Below are positions 13,418-23,800 of a stretch of 64,000 nucleotides of DNA, piece after piece. Where the stretch lies: the NCBI RefSeq assembly GCF_032062105.1, contig NW_026919509.1:1-64000 (forward strand). The letters are read 5' to 3'. Each line of letters opens with the position of its first letter. Within the stretch, counting starts at the first letter, position 1. Below the pieces are notes generated by a model, which saw nothing but the letters and a program-made list of their open reading frames with translations, made no database searches and was not told the origin of the DNA. The position numbers and the translations under genes are program-made. The stretch is from Saccostrea cucullata. Taxonomy: Eukaryota.

Positions 13418-15703
13418 TCAATCCTCTATTAGACCCAGACTGAAAAGAAGAAATGAAGAAATAATAAATAAATTATAGCAATGCTCAGATGAAACCTTTT
13501 CTAACCTTTTTCTCTATATGTAGGTCATCTTTGTTAATTGCAAAGTGTTTTTTTTTTCTTTTTGTATGAGGACATTAAAAATACATGATTATATACATTA
13601 CGTATATGATTTTTTCTCATAAAAGGAGTTGATCCCTACACTGTTCATAAGAATGATAGAATGTTACGGACAGCTGATACGTTCCTCAATAATATATAAT
13701 TTTTTCCAAGGTTTTGTCATTGAAGTATTGCTACTTTAATATGTTTACTCACAAAAAATTGAGGTACCTTACCAGACATTTGTGCAAGATATCAGAGGGT
13801 AGTGTGTTTAGATAATCCTTAAACTTATTTTTTTTAAATCAAATTTTTTGGTGTTTCAATTTTTTTAAGACGATTAGAAATAGAAATCAGAATGTACCTA
13901 AAATTTCTGAATATTTTTCATACATTACAAAAATATAGAAAAACAGACATTTGAGGAACGTTATAGTCTGCCCTTAAGGCAGAAAGTATCTACCTCTTTT
14001 TCGTCACGTTACCTGTCCTCACAAATGGCGTGCAGTAGTGCACTACACGGCCAGTCCCCGTACAGAAATCCACCCTCAGCCCACAGTCCCGCGCAGTCCT
14101 CGTTAGGGTGGTCGTCTGGTTGATGTGGACCCCACTTCACGTACGTAGCCAGCTCGTTGTTGGGGGAGTCCTGCGGTGCGTTCAGTCTTGTGTTTCCCAT
14201 CCACATCCACTCTCCCTGTACAAGGGCGTCTGACAGGTTAATCCAGTACTCCTTTACATCGAAAGAGGCTAACAAAAAAAATAGTCAATTTCAATTCACT
14301 GAAAAAAATGCTAAATACGCTTCAAAATTTAAATAATTTGAATAATGAAGACAGGTTGTTGTTCCTTAATTGTTCTTACTGTCATTTGCTTTTAATTGAT
14401 TTGCTACTTGAATCAAAAAGTTGTGCTCTGCGGCTGACTCGATTCGAACAAGTTCGCCTCCAAGTGTTGCACAGTACGTCTACAAAATCAGGATTTGTAT
14501 GTGTATTTTCTGTAGGTGAATGTAACAAACAACATACATTTACATTGTATTAATTGCCATCGATAGGGCACACTACATTGCACACCTTGTTCAATTGGTA
14601 CTCTGGGTTTTCAAACTAGTATATACTTACGATAGCTTCTGGCCAACTGAAATGTTCATGCACAAATTTGTAGCATGACTGGTGAAAAGTATAAGTGTTT
14701 GATCCCAGCTGACAATTCGGTTGGCCTTGACACGATATTACGAATGCTAGAGCTACATGTATTGCAATACCTAAAAGAAATCGACAAAAACGAGCAATGT
14801 ATTACAAAATCCAAGCAGAATCAAGATGTGTTTGTGAAACACTATGCGCCCGGCGGCAGCAAAGTTCGAAAAAGCTACTTTTTAGTATTTTTAGCATATA
14901 GATCACAGTCAAGGTCACAAGGTCATTGACTTTGGTTTTATTTGAAAGAACTTGATTAGTGGAGAATGCAATTCAAATATGCAGTGTCTATCTTCTGTGG
15001 TTTAAAAGTTATGGCGAAGTTACAAGAAAGCTTTATTTAGCATACAGGCCACAGTCAACGTCACAGTCATTGAACTTGATGTCATTTGAAAGAGCTTGAT
15101 TAGTGGAGTATGCATACCAAATATGAAGTCTCTAATATCTTTCATAGTTCAGAAGTATATATATGGCGAAGGTTAAATTAAGTTTGCAGACAAAAAGCTA
15201 TTTTTAGCATATGGGTCACAGTCAAGGTCACAAGGTCATTGACCTTGGTGTCATTTGAAAGAGCTTAATTAGTGGAGTATGCATACTAAATGTGAAGTCT
15301 TAATCTTTCAAAAGTTATGGCGAAGGTTAAACTTTGCAGACAAATAGACAGACAGACAGGACAAAAACAATATACGCCCCGGATCTATCGATCTGGGCGC
15401 ATAAAAATCGGTTAACATTTATACATCTTCGCTAGCCAAGGATTTCTGATACGCTTCTCTCATTTATGAGGGGAGTAGCGTATCAGAATCCTTTGGCTTC
15501 TAGCGAAGATGACATTTGTAAAGCTAGGGCTGTCTTAATTCATCTTTTCCTCTTGCCATACATAGAGGATATATTAGTATTATTCCACAACTGTTGAAGA
15601 CGTTAGGTCAATTTTTGATAGAACAAGTGTTAACAAAATTTTGATTTTATTTATAAAAAGAATTTTAAAAAACTATGGAAATGTACTTACATAGAAGTAA
15701 CAT
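13418..15703 (-). CDS. Secreted single-domain C-type lectin (perlucin-like), ~176 aa, QPD motif
   Basis: Exons 15703-15691, 14770-14631, 14479-14380, 14268-14013 and 13439-13418, all GT-AG and in phase (531 nt). Signal peptide MLLLCIAIHVALAFVISCQG; CTLD motifs SCYKFV..SWPEA..YCATLGGELVRIES..WINLSD..GEWMW..WGPHQPD..EDCAGL..YGDWPC..ICE. AATAAA on the minus strand at 13364-13369. The last exon is less certain. Confidence 0.85.
13664..13977. mobile_element. Degenerate TTAA-flanked (Kolobok-like) MITE in a lectin intron
   Basis: Imperfect inverted ends 'ttacggacagctgatacgttcctc' and 'gaggaacgttatagtctgcccttaa'. Confidence 0.4.
14822..15407 (-). mobile_element. HINE, 146-bp-monomer family, in intron 1 of the minus-strand lectin
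   Basis: Reverse complement of the termini and monomers of the 9275-10138 element. Confidence 0.85.
15424..15511. repeat. 88-bp palindromic mini-element
   Basis: 'catcttcgctagccaaggatttctgatacgct' pairs with 'agcgtatcagaatcctttggcttctagcgaagatg'. Confidence 0.75.
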
Positions 15704-15810
15704 GTTTATCAAAGCGGCTTTTATTGCATTAGTGTATGAAATTATACACTCTCCTTTCCTTATCATAGACTATTAGATAAGAAACTATATGGGGAATAAT
15801 TCACTTACCG

Positions 15811-15878
15811 ATGACAATGAACAAATGTGATTTATTGGGACTTTTTCTCTACTTATTTTCAAGTTAGTAAACAAAAAA

Positions 15879-15909
<31 letters not shown>

Positions 15910-17141
15910 CAGCCTTAGGCATGCGTTGTGTGAGCCTATATAATTGTTGTCTTGTAGTCCAGGTCACAGAATCTATAGAAGTCTGTCCTGATGGATTCAT
16001 CAAACATCACGGTTCCTGTTACAAGTTCCTACACCATCATCTCAGCTGGCCGGAGTCTATTGTCGGTTTTACACAATATTACAAAATTACACACTCCTTT
16101 ATGTTTTTGATTCCCTAAAGAGCAAGGCCTGTAAAACTCAAATTCATCGACATTATAGTCAATATTTTGGTTCATACCCCAATGTACTTTCAAAAATAAA
16201 GTTAATTACTTTCTCTAATCGAGTAATTATTACATGTACACCGAGTTAACGTTAATTGAACACGTTTAGATTACCAACATTATAACGCAGGTTATTATCA
16301 TAGCCTTTGAGACTCCAAAATGTACAATTTTTTCTTATAAAATATATCTCAGAATACTTGTATTTTAAAGAGTGTACTAATCTTTCTAGACTTTCTGTAA
16401 AGTGATTGGTGCTCACCTTGTTACCATAGAAACAGAAAATGAACACAATTTTCTGATACAGAAAATTCATGAAATCGAAGGTATTATCTTCAAATATACA
16501 TGTAAATACACATTTGATACATGTATATACTACTACCAAATGTATTATCTTATTCTCATTTTTTATCTCTAAATTTGAAAATGGCGTACGATGCTAATTA
16601 GTGTATTGAATTATTATTAATATTCAAGAATACGTGATCCAGTTATTTACATATAGCCTATACATGTAGGTTCTTTCGATGTCAAGGACTTTTGGATTGA
16701 CCTAAACGACGCAGCAGACCAGGGTACATGGATGTGGAGCCTAACCCACACACAGGCCACTTACCTCAAATGGGGAGGGGGTAACCCCAATTATTTCGCC
16801 CGGGAGGACTGCGGGGGGCTGTTTCACGGTGGTCAGTACTTCTTTGGAGACTTCGTATGTGACCGGAAACAACACCTTATCTGCGAAATAAAGTACGTGG
16901 TTGTTAGATTTTGATATATTTTTTCAATATATTATTAAGGAAGATTAATTTTTTGGAAAAATATTTAAGAATTTCAACAATGTATACATTTTTCAATAAT
17001 TAATAAGTTTCTCTCTCTATATTCAAAAATAACTGAGTTAAAAGTTTTACCAGATTGAATTTTATTAACTTCTTAAAATATTAATTATCAATTTTTTATG
17101 TAATTTTCAGTTTAAACTTTGGAGAGGCAATTATTGGATAA
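15811..17141 (+). CDS. Secreted single-domain C-type lectin (perlucin-like), ~166 aa, NPN/FGD motifs
   Basis: Exons 15811-15862, 15958-16061, 16390-16480, 16670-16892 and 17111-17141 (501 nt, in phase). Protein MTMNKCDLLGLFLYLFSIQVTES-IEVCPDGFIKHHGSCYKF..SWPES..FCKVIGAHLVTIE..FWIDLND..GTWMW..WGGGNPN..EDCGGL..FGDFVC..ICEI..AIIG*. AATAAA at 17187-17192. Confidence 0.85.
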
Positions 17142-17366
17142 AATTGCTGCTGTATACAGAGGATTTCATTCAAGACATATAAGAAAAATAAAGCATTGTA
17201 TGACAAGCCAGCACTGGTGTCTTTTTTTCTCTCTCGGGAAATAACATAAATTATCATTTTTTATCGAAAAATGATATAATAATATTAAATTTTTACCATT
17301 TTTAAAGTGATAGTGATTAGACTTGATCTAACTCTGTTGTGGTTAGTATTTTTGTCAAACGGCATT

Positions 17367-17490
17367 TTTGAATGACGCGTTGCCGTTTGGTAAATCTTCT
17401 CCCCATTCGATTGACGCTCTTTTGCGTTATGAATAAGAAAATCAAAAGAACGACTTATCTAGCGCCCACGTGACTCTGTCATTTCCCGCC
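17367..17490 (+). promoter_or_regulatory. Candidate MCMBP proximal promoter (E2F site, E-box, CHR-like and ACGCGT motifs)
   Basis: TTTCCCGC at 17482-17489, CACGTGAC at 17467-17474, TTTGAA at 17367-17372 and ACGCGT at 17375-17380, all within 170 bp upstream of the ATG at 17533. Confidence 0.5.
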
Positions 17491-17532
17491 ATAATTCATC
17501 TCTTTGTAAACATCAGAAGGAAAAGGATAACC

Positions 17533-20500
17533 ATGCCTGGCGTTGAAGATTGGACAACTAACCCTTTAGGAATCGTTCAGAGTATTTATGGTAGGCGTCA
17601 TTTTGATGATTATTTTATTAGAAATCAGCAGCACCTACGGACGTGTGTTTAAAGTCGCACATGTGCACACTATATGGCACGTCCAATCGCTTGATTCAGC
17701 TTTATAGCTTTAATGCCATCAATAGCCCCAAAACTTATAGAACTTTGAGTACAAAGTCTCACAAGGAAACGCAATTTAGTGACTGATTTCTGTATATATA
17801 TACTTCACATATAAAAATACACAAGGGAAGAATCGAAAGTAGCACACGATTTTTAAAAAAAGTCAAAAAACTTACTTGAGAAAAGTTACACAAATCCTGA
17901 AAGGAACTAGCGTAAATAATGTCCTAGAACTTATCCAGGCTAAAATATTCCAGATATATCCATCGAAAATAGCTTTATCCAACTAAAACCCCAGCTTTCT
18001 GCACAGTGTGAAACTCTTCGCCCAAGAAAAGATAACTCACCCGGATGACAATAGAGTAGTACCCGAAGTCTTCCAATGGCACTCGGAAGGCCTCGGGTCC
18101 TACCCTATTGTCATCCGGGTGAGTTATCTTTTCTTGGGCGAAGAGTTTCACACTGTGCAGAAAGCTGGGGTTTTAGTTGGATAAAAGCTATTTTCGATGG
18201 ATATATCTGGAATATTTTAGCCTGGATAAGCACTAGGACATTATTTGCGCTAGTTTCTTTCAGGATTTGTGTAACTTTTCTCAAGTAAGTTGTTTTTTGA
18301 CTTTTTTTAAAAATCGTGTGCTACTTTCGATTCTTCCCTTGTGTATTTTTATATGTGAAGTAGAGAACAGAGTGGATAAGATGCCCCTGTGCTTTGAACT
18401 TCAAAGTAGAATATTATCAGTACACTTTTTGTACACGCTGAGAAAATAACACATTTTGGAAAAAGTGTAATGAAATAGCTTAATAAAGCTATTCTGAATA
18501 GCTTAATAAAGCTATATAGCTTAATCAAGAGATCGTGCCGGACCTGACTAATAAGTGTTGCAGCTTGCATGTGCTTAGATCTGTAAAGTGTGAGTAAATG
18601 TGAAAATGATAGATGTTTGTCAAGACTCAAGACCACTTATTCTGAAGTTATTCATAAACATTCCATTATTAAATGATTTTGTTTATTGTAGACAAGCATG
18701 GATCAGCAAGTTCTGAAAAGGTCCAAGAATACTTTCATAGCAAAACAAACTCAGAAACCGCTCGCCTATGGGTAAGATTAATTTTAAGACGATTTTGGTT
18801 AGACCTTGAAGGTGAGAATTATTTAAGATTGGTGAATGTTATATTTTCTATTTTAAATGTTTAATAAAGTACAACAACTGAACAAACTTTAACCAAACAC
18901 CCCCCCACCCCCCACCCCCCGACAATTATTTAAAAAGCAGATTTAAATATTCATACCTGTTTTGATGTTTCAGATACCCAGTTTAAATGACACACCTCTT
19001 CACTGTCTCCTGCCCAATTCCTTGGTGCGATACCGGTGTATGGTCCAGGACATGTTTGACCCAGAGTTCTACATGGGGGAGTATGAAGTGTCAGATGTCA
19101 ATACAAAGGCTACCTCCATGAAGTCGGGGAAATACAAGGATATAGCAGAATGTGCTGTATGTAATATACACACTACATATTTTATTTAAGAAATATTTTT
19201 TTGTCAGGCATTTACAGAAAAAGGCCTGCAGATTAAGTTTCAATATGATTCAAAACATATTAGACCTAGCTGCAGAACTGTAGCATTATGGTTATACATA
19301 TATGTATATATTAGTATACATATATGTATATATTAGTGAAGTCTTTGACCATAAAACTACAGTTCTCGTAATGCAAAAAATGTGCAATTTACGGTGCAAA
19401 ATTTTTTGCGCACTGTTTGTGATTATGTCTCCTCTTTCCAACTTTGGTAAATCATCTACCTTTCACTCCCTAGTTCCAGACACATTCTTAAACCAATTTT
19501 TATATTTTATACAACCCTTTACAGTCGCCTCTACAGGTGATTTGAATTTTCTGAGGGATTACAGCTAATTCTAGTTCAAGGGAGTTTATCGCTTCTAGAG
19601 ACCATTATGAAATATATATATAAAGGTAGATGATTAACCAATGTTACACTGCGCAAAAAATCTTGCGCCCTAAATTGCACTTTTTTTAGCATTTCGGGAT
19701 CTGTAGCGTTATGGTCAAAGACTAACATTTAAAACCATAACGCTACAATTCTGCAGCTATATTAGACCATGAAAATTCCCATACTTTAGAATAGGACAAT
19801 CTTGTTAAAATAAATTGAATACTAATAAAGAAAGAAATGGTAAATGTCACTCAGCAGAGCAAAAAAAAAAAATGCTATGGATGATGTGATTGTGAATTGT
19901 AAAAGAAAAGATTTACCTTTTTATGTTACTTTGTAGAAGCATCAAGAAATCAACATGGATTCAGATAAAAATGTTACAATGGAGAGACAGACTCTGTACT
20001 GTGTCCCTATTCCAGGAGAAACTGAATGGGTCAAGTCAATATCCTTTTGCAATAATATTAGTTAGCTGTAGCCGCATGCTGTCTCCACATTAGCAGCCAT
20101 GGCATGCACAATAAGTTAGTAAAATTACTCTCAAGTTTGTGAAAAGTTCATTCCAGCAAGCTCAGTGGGATTCAGATTATAGTACAAGATTCCTTAACTT
20201 TGTAACGGTTACTCAGACAAAGCCGGGAAGAAGAGTTTTCCCACGTCCTCTGTGTCCTCCGGTAGGACCAAGCGAGGACTGGAGGAGGAGGAGCCTCGGT
20301 CTGATACTCACATGGAGGAGGAGTCTGAGGGGACAGGGAGGAAACCCGAGGACACCACCAATAAAAGACCACGGCCAGATAGTGGGGAAGGTGAATAACT
20401 CAAATCCTGTACAACCTCTGTAACAATTGCACATGTAGTATCTAATCTGTAGCCATTATTTATAATACTGTAGATTCCTAAATATAAGCGTGGAATTAAT

Positions 20501-20809
20501 TATCGCATAATTTCGCATGAAGCACAACACGCCAAATTAAATTACTTGCCTTTATTTTTATGGTGCTGAAATCTATGTTAAAACTCTTGATCAACCGCCC
20601 ATTCGCGAATTCTTATTCTCGCGATTTGCTGTTGAAGAGCTCATTCGCGATAAAAAGTACTCGCGAACAATAAGGAATCTACAGTAATTGTCATCAGGTT
20701 TGTAATTCTGAACTTATATAAGGTGATTCGTTCATTGTGTTAGTTTGGACTCCCAACAAATTTTCTCTATGATTCGTGCACAATGTAATTACACAAATGG
20801 TGAAAACAC

Positions 20810-20844
<35 letters not shown>

Positions 20845-23800
20845 CTACTGAGTCTGTTGGTAAAGATTATTAAGGTCTTCCGTCTTCAGCGGAAGACCTT
20901 ATTGTTTTTCTTAGGTTTCTTTTCCACTATTTTTATTATTATTGTTTTTTTTTCTTACCGATTTTGTACGCGCGATTTCTCGAGAACGGCTCGATCGATG
21001 TTCATGAAACTTTCAGGTCTGATAATACATCAAAAAATCTAGACATATATTTTTTTATTTTGATGACGTCACTTCCGGTTCGGAGTTTTCTGCGATTTAG
21101 TGATTTTTAGAGGGTCACTTTGTCCGGCAGTTTTCTCAAAAAGCACTGAACACAGAAGCTTGAAATTTTCAGTGATGCTAGAGCAACCTTTGGAGAAGTG
21201 CACTAAGTATATCACAACTACCGGAAGTACGAAGCGCCGACGCTCGCTATGGCCCGAAAATAGTCCTATCAAGAATTTCAAAATTTTAAGCACCTTTTCA
21301 ACGATAACTTTTTACCTAGAAATATTTTGTTAAAGCATGTAGAACAAAAATGGTTTAGAATTTAAAGATCTTTCAAATGACATCTCGAAAAAAGGGCTGG
21401 CCCCTTAAATCAGGGGCCTGGTGGGGCCAAAAGTTTTTCCTTTATATCTCAAAAAGTATTGAGAATTTGTGATGCGTCAAAGAAGCAAAGTTGTTGAAAA
21501 TGTCAAGCTTAATCTATTGAAGTCGTCAAAATACGTCCGGCGTCGTCACTTCCGGCCAAACCGGAAGTAGTCGGAAAACGCGTATTTTTGCCGTTCTTGA
21601 CAAGTTTTTTGGTTACACATGTCTCTGGGAGCATTAAAATTAATTTTCCGTCCGTTGTCGTCACTTCCGGTCAAACCGGAAGTAACAGAAAATGGCTTGT
21701 TTTTGCAATAATTAACATGGATTTAGAGGAATCAAACAATTTTTGGACGTTATTTCTCATTTTTGTTAAAAATGAAAGCCACTTCCGGTCAAACATGACG
21801 GAAGACCTACTCGTTGCTTTGCAACGAGCTTTGCTCTAGTTATTCTTTTTTTTTCTTCTACTTCCTAGACGCCAACTTTGAAGCCTCGTATCTCACTCAT
21901 TTCTCAATAGATTTCGCTCAAAATTTCAGAGTTTATAGACGTTGCTAAACTCTATTAAAATATTGTCTATTATTTCAAAAATTCACTTCCAGTTTTGAGT
22001 TATTTCCCTTTAAACGAAAATTTATAGGCTTTCATTTCCAGATAAAGGCTCAGAGACCACAAGGGCTGGAACAGACATTTTACTTATTTTAGATAATAGA
22101 AGTATTGAAGTTGTGCACATCAGTTTTTGTTTCTCGATTTCTCTACTGTAAATCACTTTTTATTCGCGAGAACTTTATTTTCGCATAATTACGCGAGACA
22201 GTGTACTCGCCAAAATTTAATTCTCGCGTATAATAGTATTCCTTAAGAATATATAGAGCAATAACCACAATTCGCGAAAATTTTGTCTCGCTAATCAAGA
22301 GTCAATAACTATGTCACAAAAATAAGGTGTCGCGAAAATTTAGTGATCTACAGTATTCAAAATGGCGCTATATAGGGGTAAAAAATTAGAACGCCTAAAA
22401 GAGCGAAAATTTACACATATTTTCCTTTTTATCTTCTAAACTAAATATATTTTGTTAAAACATATATAGTGATGGGGAATCGGAAAAAAATCAGAATCGA
22501 TTATCGGTAATAATCGGCTGGGCATAATCGATTAATAATCGATTATAATCGAAATTTTGAACTTTAATAAAATTAATATAGAAAAGTTGAAACTTATTCA
22601 GATTTCTGTCAGACTTTTACAAAAAAAAAACAAACATTTACTTACATAAAATATTCAAAAATGTTATTTAAATTTCTTTTATAAAAAGTGGAAAATAATA
22701 TTTTGTTTACTTTAAACAATATAGGACTATATAAGACTATTGAAACAGAATGGGAATTTATTTTTTTTTTTTATAAAGTCCATGCAATGGGTATTTTACT
22801 GATATTAGTCCCACCTTTCATTTAATACATGTATATTTTTCTTAAAATTAGTTTTAATTAGTTAAAATAATAAAATTGCAAGTCTTAAAAGTAAATATCC
22901 AGAAGTTAGACTTGTATTTATGATAATGATTACGTTTAAAGATTGACTAGACTAATTATGTTTTCCTTTGTATAGTAAAACCTTGCAATATTAGCGTTTC
23001 CTGGTATTAGTCTAACCACATATTTAATCATGGCGGTAAAAGTATCAACAAGACACGGAATCCTTCCATGTTTTCAACGTTCATCACTACTTTTATGCTC
23101 TTTGCGCTTAAATTTGGTAATAAAATTAAAGTATGACAATTTTATTTTTTGTTAGCGATGTCGGCGACATTTATTTTATAATCGATTAGTAGCATCGAAG
23201 AGCTTCTAACGACCGACAATCGATTGTCGGCGACAATCGTTCCATCACTAAAGATATAGAACAAAATTTGTGCAGAATTACAAGATCTTTCTAATGATGT
23301 CTCAGAAAAAGGACTGACCCCTAAATTAAGGGATCTAGAGGGGCCAAAAGTTTTTTTTCAGATATCTCAAAAAATATTAAGAATTTGTCAAACATCAAAG
23401 AAGCAAAGTTGTTCAAAATCTTTAGTAAATTCTATTGAGATCATCAAAATACGTCCTGTTATGTCACTTCCGGCCAAACCGGAAGTAGTCAGAAAATGCA
23501 TATTTTTGCCGTTTTTGACACGTTTTTGGGAAATATTTGTCACTGAAAGTATAAAACTTAATTTTCCGTCCGTCGACGTCACTTCCGGTCGAACAGGAAG
23601 TAGCAAAAATTGCTTACTTTTGCAATTATCAACGTAGATTTGGAAGATTTAAATCATTAGAGACGTCATTTTTCTTTTCTTTTTTTTTTTAATAAAAGTT
23701 ACTTCCGGTCAAACAGGACGGAAGACCTACTCGTTGCTTTGCAACGAGCTCGGCTCTAGTGTTTAGTTTTATAATAATATTTGGTTTTCTCTGATTATAG

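Larger units (their letters stand above)
20811..23760 (+). mobile_element. Outer Helentron-like element in MCMBP intron 5
   Basis: 5' 'ttattaaggtcttccgt..acggaagacct'; 3' 'acggaagacctactcgttgctttgcaacgag..ctagt'. Confidence 0.75.

Noticed and set aside
15424-15511. Pre-miRNA-like hairpin
   Set aside because: Size fits, but it resembles a dispersed palindromic mini-transposon and no known mature miRNA was recognised; small-RNA data would be needed.
15913-15957. Acceptor after the (CT)n tract and ORF start MRCVSLYNCC for the plus-strand lectin
   Set aside because: It would need a 50-nt intron and disrupts the signal peptide; the acceptor at 15957 gives a 95-nt intron and a clean signal sequence.
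18076-18636. ORFs in MCMBP intron 1
   Set aside because: They lie in or beside the palindromic MITE and have no recognisable protein features.
20139-20434. Three overlapping ORFs in the ORF track
   Set aside because: Wrong-frame or antisense readings of the GC-rich MCMBP exon 5, whose true frame is set by the AT-AC intron.
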